NCBI GenBank assembly: GCA_002269645.1
Contig: NIVC01003259.1
Span: 1 to 64,000, forward strand
Source: Macrostomum lignano
Taxonomy: Eukaryota
Length of the DNA: 64,000 bases
Direction: 5' to 3'
Shown here piece by piece: positions 10,651-22,075 of this stretch. Numbering within the stretch: position 1 is the first letter of the stretch; each line of letters starts with the position of its first letter. The notes below the pieces were generated by a model that saw only the letters and a program-made list of their open reading frames with translations, searched no databases and was not told the origin of the DNA. The position numbers and the translations under genes are program-made.

Positions 10651-13415
10651 CTGAAATACGAAAAAGTGCAAGTACAACTGAGCTTTGCTGAGATTAGCGA
10701 GTTTTATTGGCTTATACAGCACAGTGTTCTTTAATACATGAATCTAATAATGTTTAAACTCAAGCGTATCTTTCTGAAATACATGTACTTATCAGAAGGT
10801 TTTTAGATGAAATAATTCTTGATAGGATAAAAATGTTTGGACATCGCAGCAAAACGGAACAGATACCAGTATAATTAGAAGTGAGTAGTCTTGCAAAGAT
10901 GTTGCACATAGCTTTATATGGCTATAACGCATGAATCGGATCTCTACGTCGTAAGAGGTGTTTCTCGATAATTTAATATGCCACTTACCAATTCTGGCGC
11001 TTTCAGGTTCTTTAGATTTCTTCTCTAGACTTTGTTTAGGCTCTTTAGATTTCTTCTGTAGACTTTGTTGCGAAACCTCCTGACCGGTAGCTAAAAGCAA
11101 AATAGTGCAAATGATTATGCAATAATGATTTCTGCATAGTTGTAACTTTTCAATTTCGACTTTGGCAAAAGTGACCAATTTTGACAACAACAAGGAGAGA
11201 CTGAAGACGACTAGTGAAGTACCTCGACATAAATGTAAACACGGCCAAAGCAGTCAATCACAGATTTGTCATTCAAGATTGTATTGTTTAAAGGCAACTA
11301 GAAGGAACCGTTAGGTCAAAATTTACACCACCAGTGTCGCACACTAACACCAAAAAATGTTGGCGGTGGCACAAGCAGTCTGAGCTACAGAACTACAATG
11401 ATATTGATCACAAAGAATTTTAAGTCACTTTGACAGTAACAGTGACAGTCATAATTTATCGTGTTGCCAAAACTGAAATCACTTTTGCCAAAGTTCGAAT
11501 TGAAAAGTATACATGCATTGAGCTAAAAAAAGTTCTCTTACCCTGGATTCCGTCTGTTCCCATGAGATAAAAGAGCTTGCCAGTCTGAATAAACCACTTG
11601 GGCACAGATTCATCTAGTCGTTTGTGCTCATTAATTATGGTAATCATAGAGGCCACGTCCTCTGTGTGACCATACTGTCTGAAAGTTTCGCACAGTGTCT
11701 GAATAAAAGCGCTGCCCTCTGCTCTTGTCACATCGCTACTAACTGATCGACCGAACACCATGCCGCTGTGTGGATGAACCTTGATGGTTGAATCATGATT
11801 GCGAAAATAGGCCTGCAAACCGTCCACAGCATCTTCAATGATCTCATAAGTATTGCTGCTGAAACCATCAGTAACAGAGTCTGTCTGCAGTGTTGTGACA
11901 TCCCACTCGTGCAGAATAAAGAGTCGGGGCTTGGCCTCGAGCTTTTCGCCAATAGCCAAGCTTTTGTACAAATTCATGACAGTAGAGCTGCTCAGCTGCT
12001 GCTGCGTCTGGGACAGCACGACAAGGATGCAGGAGTCACCGTGTTCAGTATCTTCTGAAAAAAGCTCGATCCTTCTTTTCAAGGCGTCATTGGAGCGGGT
12101 TTGCACGTCCGTTACAATGTAGCCAAGATTTTTTAGCATACGCATAACTCTGCTGCGGTCAACTTGCAGAGCAGAGTATAGAGAGTCTCCTCGGTCATAT
12201 TTGATGATGACCAACGCTCGAGGCTTTTTCAGATTGCGCCGATTCGGATAGATTATTGAGGCATTCTCGCGCATCCAATCAGTCGGTTTGTCTTGAGCAG
12301 TCTGCTCTGATGCTGCTGGTAAGGCATCAACTTCATCAAGGTTGCTCTTGGGTTCCCTGATAAATTTGAATATGTCGCGCAGGAAATCTCCACCGAGCTT
12401 TCCTTCTCTATGATACAGAGAAAGGGACTCGTAAGCGAGTGGTAGCTTCAATGCCGTCTCCAGGATAGAAAATATACTTTTAGTCTCCCAACTGCACCTG
12501 CAGTCATCCAGGAAGCTTCTATAGAAGCCCTGTACGCTTTTAGTTTCCTTAGCCACGATGTAAGCGATAGTTGTACACTTGTATTTAAAATTCGCATTCG
12601 AAAATTCGTTTGCAAGTTTCGTGTCATCCAGGCTTTCTTCACCAGCGCGACAAAATAATAAACATCTGTTTTGGCAGTTGGGAAATGTACCCATTGTCAT
12701 GAAATCTAGGACGTCCTTCATGAAAGCATTGCCAGCTATCACGACTACAATTAGCTGCTGGACCTCGGAATTGTTCACGGAGTCGGATAGACACGAGCCC
12801 AGTTTGCTTTCATACTGCTGTTCCAGGCTCCTCTTTACGTTAAAACTGCACTCTTTTAGAAAGTCGGCGTACTCATCTGTCACTGACTCATTGCGAGCGT
12901 CGAAGAACAGAGCCAATCTTCGGGAACCTTAAATATCATTATTTGGCATAGGGTTTTTCATAGTTGGCTATTCAAGAGACCAGCATGTTTTCTTTGCTAT
13001 TGTAGCTTAGTTCAGTTCTATAACTCTAGTAGTAAGGGTCGCCGCTCTGAGCAAAGCAGAAATAGCTACAGGATTCTACTTGAAACTACCAGTCTCAACA
13101 GTGTAAAATCTGTACATCGCGTATTTTAGTTCGTTTGCAAGGAAAAATTTTAGCAAAACTTGATTGTAAAACTTACATAGTTCATCTTCAAATTTGAAAT
13201 CATCGGCAGAACTACTTTCAAGAAGAGCTGAAAGCAATAATAAAGACAACAGTTTGGTAGTGTTAACCTTCCTTTCGTAAAGTTCAGAAGAATGAGCTAA
13301 AAGTTCGACAGGTAAAAACTCTTCTATGGGAATTTAAACTACATTCATCATTCAAAAAAGACCTACTTGACGGTCTTAAGCGTATAATTTTTTTCACGTC
13401 GGTGACCTCGCTCAT
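9188..13415 (-). CDS. Multi-caspase-domain gene, copy 1, intact (predicted exons 13415-13367, 13227-13177, 12927-11542, 11090-10989, 10650-9188; ~1016 aa)
   Basis: All junctions are phase-1 GT-AG (donors GTAGGT 13366, GTAAGT 13176, GTAAGA 11541, GTAAGT 10988; acceptors TTTCAG/TTTAAG/TTTTAG/TTTCAG). Internal exon lengths 51, 1386 and 102 nt are multiples of 3, and the joined 3051 nt is open. The first exon is the least certain. Confidence 0.75.
11542..12927 (-). CDS. Internal exon of copy 1: degenerate module + pseudo-caspase (SHG->SQT, QACRG->HEWDV)
   Basis: ORF 11456..12916: KPRALVII, LKNLGYIV, HGDSCILVVLSQ, KPRLFILHEW, GSAFIQTLCETF, GKLFYL. Confidence 0.9.
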
Positions 13416-14320
13416 TAAGACAGGCCGAACGGTGGCGGCTTAGCTGGAAATTTGAAAGTGTAAACGATAATTTCGTGGTTGCTTCGCCAAACTTAGCAAG
13501 GGAGAGAGGGCTTGCAACGGGTGTATTTAAAATAGCCACACAAATAAAGAGACACTCCAGAATGGGGGCAAAAGCGTTGCCCGGCAAGATAAATTAACCA
13601 TAGGCTACAAGACCCCACCAGCAGCAGCAGCAACAGCAGTACAGTGCTCCACTTGGCGGCGGATTCTTTGGCGGCGGCCGATGCGGCCAGTAAGACCTTG
13701 AGTTCATTCGCTACTGATATCATCGGGTGCCCAGTTTAAGCTGCATATTACGCGGGTCCAAAAGGGGATAAATCATTTTCCACGTCAATTGAGCCAGTAA
13801 TTCAAGCCTTAGTGGGGAAAATGTGGCTACGGGATCGAAACAATCTGTTCAAGACAAGATGCTACTATTCGCGGTAAAACTTGACAGTAGTGTATTTTGG
13901 TTGGATAGAAGCAGCAAAGTGCGAACAATTGCTTCAGATTTTGCTTTTATAAAATGAAAAGTTGACGCCTTTTCACCTCCCCGAAATCACTGGTGCAGGT
14001 CTCTTCCTTAAAATGAGAAAGGAGAAGGAAGAGAGGAAAGGGAAGGAGGGAGAGCACGAGGATAGGAGGGGCGGACAGAAGTGGAGGGAGGAGGAGAGAC
14101 CATTTCAAGCATTCAGTGAAAATCTCACCCCTGATAGCAACCCTAAATAGTGTAACGGGGAACTGAATTCATACCAGTCTCACCAGAGTTAGAATGAGCT
14201 CTCAGACAAATCTCAAACTCAAACAAGAGTTTCTGTGACAGAGTTTTGGTATACAATGTTCAGTTTAACATTGAATAAAGAACGAACTGTTGCGGCAAAG
14301 TCTCAAAACTTATTTTGAGT

Positions 14321-14506
14321 TATGAGGAGACATGGAGATGGAGGCTCAAAAGTAATTTGTGACAAAAAGACAAAAGCAAAAAAAGGTTTGGCATGATCGC
14401 AATTTAGTATTTCCCTTTTTGGTTTAATTACGAGCTGTACTGTTTCTTTACTTATTTCTTTTTGTCACAAATTACTTTTGAGCCTCCATCTCCATGTCTC
14501 CTCATA
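14321..14506. mobile_element. MITE-like element, 186 bp, perfect 50-bp terminal inverted repeats
   Basis: 14321-14370 TATGAGGAGACATGGAGATGGAGGCTCAAAAGTAATTTGTGACAAAAAGA is the exact reverse complement of 14457-14506. The outer TA is compatible with a TA target site. Confidence 0.75.
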
Positions 14507-14589
14507 TTCCTTGTCTCCCCGTCTCCCCTACCACCGTTATCCGCAGCTCCCGATGCACAGACCGCCAAATAACTTTGAAAGCGAACTAA

Positions 14590-14657
14590 AAAGAAGAGAG
14601 AGAGGGAAAGAGACAAGGACAAAGAGAGGAGAGAGAGGGAGAGACAGACGGAGAGAT

Positions 14658-14696
<39 letters not shown>

Positions 14697-14770
14697 TAGA
14701 TTCAGTGAGAGAGAAAGAAAGAAAAAGACAGAGAAAAAAGAGGAGAGAAAGAGAGAGACAGATAGAGATA
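14590..14770. repeat. GA-rich / (GA)n low-complexity tract
   Basis: Direct reading. Confidence 0.9.
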
Positions 14771-15180
14771 ACCTTCGTATTAGCGTTTGCATTTGAAAAA
14801 CTTGTTTTAGTTATTTAAAACGAAAACAAAATAGACACAGCAGGCAGGCAGTAAAAACTTACTTGGCACGTTAGAGTGAATTATTAAAAATTCAAGAGCT
14901 GTTGACTAATTTTGTGTCTGCGACACTGTGAAGCTTTGACCAACAGCTTATATTTAAACTCGTAAGTTTGTTTATGGCCTCTTGCAAATGCATCCGTGCA
15001 AAGTATACACTGCTGCCCCTAGCTCTACCTAGCTGTTGCAGATAAATGGCTCGTATGAACTGCACTACCAGCTAGCCACCTAAATAGTCAAACGTGAGGG
15101 TAGAATGAACGCATTGATATTTTTGGACCGGAAACCCAACCCATCACACGATAAGAATCTCACTTCAGCTTAGCAAAATA

Positions 15181-16678
15181 CAGGGAGGTCCAGAAAGGTC
15201 TCCCGGACTAGAAGCAGAGTTTTCTCTGCACTGTATTGATGGATTGGGCTGAAACTTGACCTGCTTAAACTTTATTCTGAAAATATTTTTTGTCTAAAAA
15301 TCTTAGCAATTGCTAAAAAATCATGAAGTTACAGCAGTTTTTTGTTAAATCAGTAGGGTTTTAGCACAATCTGCTATGCAACTGTTAGTCAGTGCTCCAC
15401 ATGATGACCTTTGTTATCGATACAAGTCTGCAGGCGCTTCTTAAAGCTATTAAGGCTGTTGACACCAAAATCCACTGGCATATCATGCATTAGCTGCGTT
15501 TTCCGTGCCTTAGCTCATCCAGGCTGTCCACTGGCTGTCGGTAGACGTTGTCCTTCACCCATCCCCAGACAAAGAAGTCCTTAGGGTTGAGATCAGGACT
15601 GGGTGCAAGCCAATGAATTGTCTCATAGCGTCCGATTTCGCGCTCCTCAAAGTTGTGCTGAATCCATTCACGCACATTAAGCCCGATGTGGGCTGGAGCA
15701 CCATCCTGCATCAGCCACAAGTCACCAGCAACAAATGCCTCGTAATTCTGAACCACAGGCAGAAACTTTGGATCCAGCATTTCCACGTACCGCTCAGAAT
15801 TCACCGTAACATTTGCACCCTGCGCATCCTCACAGAAGAAAGGTCCAACAATGCCGTGGGACCAAATTCCAGCCCAGCATGAGACGCGTGGTCTGTGAAG
15901 GGGCATCTGGATAGAGAAATCTGGGTTTTCAATGGCCCAATACCGCGAGTTCCAGGTGTTATTGTGGCCATGCAGGGAGAAATGAGCCTCATCAGAGAAA
16001 ATGATGTTGGTTAACATTTCAGGATCACTGTCAAACATCTCCAGCATATCAGTTGCGAATAGCACTCGCGCCTCATTGCCGGCCTCATTCATTGCCTGTT
16101 GACGGCGCATGCGATAGGGGTGAAAGCCACTCTTATCCAGCACACGAAGGATGGACTGATGGCTAACATTCAGCTCCCGACTCGCACGACGTACTGACTG
16201 TTGTGGTCGCTCCTTGAAGTATTGAACAACTTGTTCCACATTCTCAGCAGAACGAGCAGTCCGTGGACGCCCAGAAATTGGTCGTCGATCCAAACCAAAC
16301 TCACAGGCCACCTTAAGTGCATCTTTGATGGTCTTAGCATCTGGAGGGCGTTGTTTGGCAGCCAAATTGAACTCACGACGCCATCGCCGCTGGACCAACA
16401 GCGGACTCTTCAATTCATCCAGCCAGGATGCCATTTTAAATCTTTCAACTGGCGTGTAAGTCGTGTAAGTCTGGAATGAAATGTGCTCATCAGTAAGTGA
16501 AAACGGTGTTTTTTAGAAAAACTGCTGTAACTTCGTGATTTTTTTAGCAATTGCTAAGATTTTTAGACAAAAATCATATTCAGAATAAAGTTTGAGCAGG
16601 TCAAGTTTCAGCCCAATCCATCAATCCAGTGCAGAGAAAACTCTGTTTGTAATCTGGGAGACCTTCCTGGATCACCTG
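15181..16678 (-). mobile_element. Tc1/mariner DNA transposon, DD41D (rosa/Visitor-type), ~165-bp TIRs, TA TSD
   Basis: TIRs CAGGGAGGTCCAGAAAGGTCTCCC.. / ..GGGAGACCTTCCTGGATCACCTG with flanking TA at 15179-80 and 16679-80. The transposase (15490..16434) has FSDEAHF, QDGAPAH and SPDLNPKD with 41 residues between the 2nd and 3rd Asp. Confidence 0.93.
15390..16434 (-). pseudogene. DD41D transposase with a C-terminal frameshift
   Basis: The main ORF stops at 15490. The typical C-terminus ..FKKRLQTCIDNKGHHVEH* continues in another frame to ~15390. Confidence 0.85.
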
Positions 16679-17624
16679 TAGATTGCGTGAAATTGCAACA
16701 AGCCCGCTGTGTGGCGTTTCAAAGCGGCTGAGTAAATTCTATATGACCGAAATACAAACAAATAATTTTTAATCATGTCTTGTACGAGCGTGGTTTTCAA
16801 TCTTCGGCAGAGGGCTATTTATAGATTTGAGCTCACCAAATCCTGCCTTGCTGGCTGTCCTCAGCCCTACCTGCTCTTAGGCTAAAGTGACGTAAGGAAA
16901 GCAAGTGCACGCCCGGTGATTTTTTTAAGGTAAAGAGTTTTTCGTGGATATTGGTTGCATGCAGCCTGTACTATACCCATGATCACCCTATTGCAACCGC
17001 CCCTTTGCGTCACTCCATCCTTCTTACCTCAGAATCTCAACGATTTCCTAGAGCAATTGACATCTCAACAACTCTCCCACCATCCATGAGCTTTGCTTAT
17101 CTCAGCATCTCAGCATTTTCAAAATTTTCAAAATTTGAACCACGTTGCTGCATTTTAAGACATGAATTGTAGCACGTAATAAATCTACATTCATACTAAG
17201 TCGGCTAGAGCAAAAGTCATAGGAAGCAGTTTTGACATAATCAACCTCTCAGTCAGTCAGTAGCAGTCTAATAAAGTTAACAATATGGTTAAGCAATCTA
17301 AATCAGTCGTGCACTATGCTATGCTGCTATTCTGCACTGTTTTCCGCACTGTGACGCAATTCAAGTCGGAGTCACGGTTGTGATACAATCCTTTTCAGAA
17401 TCAGAATTCAGTCAGTCCGTTTTGGCTCTATACAATAATCACAAATTCTTTTTACAGTCAAAAAATTTGCTTGACCTTTGCAAGAAAGCAAATGTTTTTC
17501 GAAAAAGTTTGTATATGTTACTACCGTCAATTTCTGATCGAATAGTGCAAGTTTCGTTATAATGTTTGGCGCCAAGTTCACTCAAAAATTGCTGACCAGA
17601 ATTCCTTAACTGCAACCGTACAAA

Positions 17625-17945
17625 TGTGCCGGCGGCCCAGGCTCGATTCCAAGTGCAGTCACATTAAATAATTTGGGGGCTAAATTAAAATTTCGGCTTG
17701 GCTCTGTCCGTTCAATTAACGAAATTGATCGGCCAACCCCAAGGCACAGTGAAGTGTACATGCCTAACGATAAATAAAGTTAAGGCCGCTGTACCCTCCT
17801 GTGTGAGTGTGTGCCTGTGCATATGACTGCGTACATGTACGTACATGTATATCCGCGTGCTTGTGTGCCTGCTCAGGGGAGTCGGCGGAAGGGGTAGTGA
17901 TGCCTCTCGCCGGTTGTTTGACAATGTCGCTTAAAGTGCACATGA
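17625..17945 (+). mobile_element. SINE-like family 2 copy
   Basis: Homologous to 8600-8870 (see shared blocks above). Confidence 0.65.
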
Positions 17946-18337
17946 ACTCCTTGCCACTAATTAAATTACTAAAAAACCTCATCCTGTGTGAAAACAGACA
18001 CTGTGTGATGAGTAATCTAGCTTGCTACTGACTGCATGCATGTCTAGAATAATATTACAACGCCACTACTGGTGTAAGTAGAGTATGGCACTTATTTTGA
18101 ACGTTTTTCACGAGTTTGCTGTTATAGATATTAGAAGGGGGGTCACTAGCCTTCCATATTTTTTGGGTTTCTAACTAGACTGCTCGATCTCGATCTCTAT
18201 CTATTACTATGCAGGCAAGCTTCGATTGAATAGACAGCGTTCTTCTCTTTTTTATAATCGCAGAATACTGCTGCTCAACCCGGAGAAACAACAATACTAT
18301 TGACAATATTAAGAATGTGAGCGCTATCATTTCTTAT

Positions 18338-18373
18338 GCGACATGTTTCGCCTCGCGTCAGGCATCGTCAGGC
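18338..18373 (-). ncRNA. Minimal type-I hammerhead ribozyme motif (Penelope-type)
   Basis: Minus strand CTGACGA-T-GCCT-GACGCG-AGGC-GAAA-CATGTC: CUGANGA core, 4-bp stem II, GAAA, palindromic ACATGT stem III, GUC site. Confidence 0.7.
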
Positions 18374-18670
18374 TCTTAAAATTAGTAACGATTTATTTGT
18401 TCATTTACGGGTCGATAAAAGTCAGAAATGTATATAAATTAACAGTAGATTGTACAGTCCGACGAAGCGCTCACAGAGTTGCAATGAGGGGAGAGAGGGA
18501 GAGAGAGAGAGAAAGAGAGAGAGAGAGAAAAAGAGAGTGAGATGAGCACAAGTGTACACCTAGAATACTCTAAGGAGGGCACTGGCACCGTGATTTGCAA
18601 GTTGCTTATTTAGGATTGGTTTACGCGAATTTATATACAGGGCTTAAATAAATCGTTACTAATTTTAATA

Positions 18671-18708
18671 GCCTGACGATGCCTGACGCGAGGCGAAACA
18701 TGTCGCAT
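18671..18708 (+). ncRNA. Minimal type-I hammerhead ribozyme motif (Penelope-type)
   Basis: CTGACGA 18673-79, stem II GCCT/AGGC, GAAA 18695-98, CATGTC with predicted cleavage after 18704. Confidence 0.7.
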
Positions 18709-19189
18709 AAAAAATGATAGCGCTAACCTTCTTAATTCTACTTTTTCTCAGACGCGACTTTACCACAGTATTGACAATATCTTTAAGATAGACTGCGGAG
18801 AAGGAAATAAAAAACAAATTCGACACAATGGTTTTTTTATTCAGTGCCACAGAACAGTGTTATTGTGCAAGTTAAGCTGTTTTGTCTAGCGATGAGATTG
18901 TCTCCTGTCTCACTTGTTTAGCAATCTACCACAGGCTTATGTAATGCCTGAATATTTGTACTGAATCACCTGGTTCTGTACTAGCGCATTCTCAGCCCAT
19001 GAATTAAACCTAAAGAAGAATGAAACTACTAAGGGATGCAAGATGTGTTGATTTTGGGAGGGGGGTGGGTGTCAACCCTCCTCGCCTCTCATTGGCTCGC
19101 GCCCCGATCACTAGGTGATCGATACGCGTATCGATATCGGCGCTCGGCGCGCGCGCGCCGCAGGCGCGTGGCGCCAAGCGCCGTCCAGC

Positions 19190-19421
19190 CGCAGGCGACC
19201 CTCCCGACATGTACACCCTCCCGATATGTACCCCGATATGTATGCCGCAGGCACACCCTCCCGAGCCGCAGGCGCACCCTCCCGATATGTACCCCGATAT
19301 GTATGCCGCAGGCGCCCCGAGTGTACACTCTCCCCAGCCAAAGGTACACTCTCCCAATACACTCTCCCAGTACACTCTCCCGATATGTATGTATACACCG
19401 ATATGTAGTCAACGATACGTA
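19190..19421 (+). repeat. GC-rich minisatellite block (CCCGATATGTA..GCCGCAGGC units), direct copy of 37005-37349
   Basis: Identical 28-mer TACACCGATATGTAGTCAACGATACGTA at 19394-19421 and 37322-37349, with shared sub-repeats. Confidence 0.85.
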
Positions 19422-19569
19422 CCCCGCAGGCACCCTCTACCTCACGCCCTACCCCTCACCTAGCCTCTCCCCCCTCTCCCACCCACATCTCAACTAGCGA
19501 AATCTAACCCAGGTCGCCCCCCACACAAAAGCGAATACGGTAGCCACTAGGCCGCTACACGGTTGGGTA

Positions 19570-20600
19570 TAGGGAGCGAGAATTTTCAACCCTGATGCTG
19601 ACGCAGCCCTGTACAGCGAGGCATGTAAAGGCAGAGGGGTGGGTGGACAGAGAGCCAGCCACTAGGATATTATACTGTTGAAGCATAGGGAGCAAGAAGT
19701 TTTAACCCCGATGCTGACGCAGCCCTGTACAGTGAGCGTGTACGGGCAGAGGGTGGGTGGACAGAGAGCTGTGAACAGCACGGCCTGCTGCAGGAGCCGG
19801 ATAGAGAGTCACATGCTAGGACAGAGAGGCAGAGTGAGTCACACACCCCCAATAGAGAGAGCCGTACAGACCCGCCCCAGTTACAGGCCAAGGGACAGAG
19901 AGGCAGGCAGGGTATGCAGGGCAATGCGAACAGTCGGGGGCCACGCGGGGATAGAGTGGAGGAGCAGAGATGTGTATGGACAGAGAGCAGGCCACGCGTG
20001 GGTAGTGTGAGGGAACAGAAACATATGGAGCAGGAGGGAGATGGGGAGCAAACGCGCAGGGTAAGGGAGCCACACAGGGCTGTACAGTGAGACACGAGCA
20101 GGGGTGGAGCCGTGCGTGGACATAGCTGAACGGCATGGTCAGCTGCAGGAATAGGATGATAGAGAGGCGCGGAGCGGAGGGGACAGAGAGCAGTGTGCCG
20201 GGGTAGGCAGCCGCGCAGGCTAGGGAACAGAGAGGCGCGTGTAGCCAGTTGCAGCCCGGGACAGAGAAGTGTGGAGCCGAAGGGGGTCTGGGACAGAGTT
20301 GCGAGCAAGGCACAGAGGTAGGGTCCTGTAGCTATGTATAGACAGGAGCCACGCGAGTCGCGAGGGGAGTAGAGGCAAGTTGCAGGCAAGGGCAGAGAGG
20401 TGTCGGCGGAGGGAGACAGAGAGCAGTGTGTAGGGGTAGGTAACAGCAAACTTAACTTTAGTAGAGGCACGTGCGGGGACGGAGAAACCAGTCAGAGCGT
20501 ACAGAGACGTTACAGAGAGGTACACAAACAGAGAACAAAGCGAGCAGAGCACATGTGTAGGGGCAGAGACGTGAGGGAGAATCGACCAAAACACGCTATG
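19570..20600. repeat. Degenerate GA-rich tandem region including a ~116-bp duplication (19571-19660 / 19687-19772)
   Basis: Repeated GATGCTGACGCAGCCCTGTACAG and GACAGAGAG motifs. Confidence 0.6.
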
Positions 20601-21578
20601 TATTATCAAAAGTTGGTTTTAGTGCAGCATATTTAATAGTGGGTAAATGGTAGTATAATAGTATGTACATAGTATGTATAATAGTAATAATAGTAAGTAT
20701 ATTAGCCCAAAAGGTAGACTAAAACAGGCTAAACTGTGTGTACGCATCCTCATCATCCCACAAGCCCCCTCTCCCGCCAGACTCACTCTTCCAAACCCCC
20801 TGTATTGCTGTATGAAGGAAAATATAGTGCAAAAATACAGATGTTAACCGCTAGACCGCTGAAATCAAGGCACACTAGAGAGGGGTTTCAGGGGTCTGCA
20901 TGCTCTACTTAAGCTGCTTGAGGAGGTTCCATGGGTGTTGGGAGGGTTTCCAATATGTTTTGAAAAAAACTAGGGGCTTAAATACAACGTTTTATTCAAA
21001 AAGTAGGTTATTTTAATGAAATAGCTGACACAATCATTGTAGAGAGTAGAAATTTTTATATGAAACCAGGTATTTTAGCAAAAATAAACCTTCAAACCAC
21101 ATAAAATGAATAAAAAGCAGACATCTCCAATTATAAACCGCAAGTATTTTAATAGAAAAGTAAGCAAACAAGGCACAAAACCAGCAAATTTTACCTTTTT
21201 TATTTTAATGTTACTGATAAGGTAGAGAGTAGAAACTTGTGAGCTGTACGGAGTTAGAAAGTATTAACCAATATGTATCGTATGAATTATTAGTTCAGTA
21301 CCAGCCATTGGTCAAGCGAGCATTTATGAAGTTATTACGAGCGAAGAAGGGATAGAGAGGTATATACAGGAAGACAGTCTCCTTCTTAAGCACCACGAAC
21401 AGATTGCTAATAGAGATAAGCTTTGTCGGTATGCAGTCTGAGTAAGCGAAGGCGGGGCAAATACTTTTCCACATGCCAGACAGAACAGTATTGTGCTAGG
21501 ATTTCTCTCGAAATCTCGGTACGTTACTAGTTTTTATCACACCATCAACTAGTCAGCAGTAGTCATTTATATGAGTAT

Positions 21579-22075
21579 TAGGAAAGTGGTACCCTCCACC
21601 GCCATCGCACCGGATTGGCCGGGGCACCCGGCCAATGAGGGCAGAGGGCCCCCAAAAGACGCCCACCCCGACCCCAGACCCATCACCGCCACGCACCCAC
21701 CCCCGACCCCAACGCCGCCACGCACCCACCCCCGACCCAAACCGGGCCCTTCAAAGACGCCCACCCCGACCCCAAACCCACCACTGCCGCACCTACCTCC
21801 GACCCCAAACCCACGCACCCACCCCCGAGCCCAAACCGGGCCCCCTCCTGTCCTGCACCCCATCCCATATAACACGGTCCTTCTATCCTGCACCCCATAC
21901 TAAGGCCCCTTCCTGTCCTGCACCCCATCCCATACCAAGGCCCCTTCCTGTCCAGCACCCCATCCCATACCAAGGCCCCTTCCTGTCCAGCACCCCATCC
22001 CATACCAAGGCCCCTTCCTGTCCAGCACCCCATCCCATACCAAGGCCCCTTCCTGTCCAGCACCCCATCTCATAC
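21579..22075 (+). repeat. Left arm of a ~0.5-kb inverted repeat (with 35-bp tandem units), candidate Polinton TIR segment
   Basis: Matches the reverse complement of 36265-36820 (e.g. AGGAAAGTGG.ACCCTCCACCGCCATCGCACCGGATTGGCCGG). 35-bp units start at 21921, 21956, 21991, 22026, 22061. Confidence 0.8.

Larger units (their letters stand above)
18320..18724. repeat. ~79-bp inverted repeat pair (18320-18398 / 18646-18724) around a (GA)n-containing spacer
   Basis: The arms are near-perfect reverse complements. Confidence 0.9.

Noticed and set aside
3797-12927. Four alternative terminal exons sharing one upstream exon
   Set aside because: Each catalytic exon has its own linker exon fed by a donor at the end of the preceding pseudo-caspase exon, and each pair has its own ATG exon; two fused genes fit better.
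13493-13723. Hydrophobic ORF as a membrane-anchor first exon of the caspase gene
   Set aside because: No convincing GT donor in the right phase; the Leu run comes from a CTG repeat; the exon at 13415-13367 fits better. Not fully excluded.
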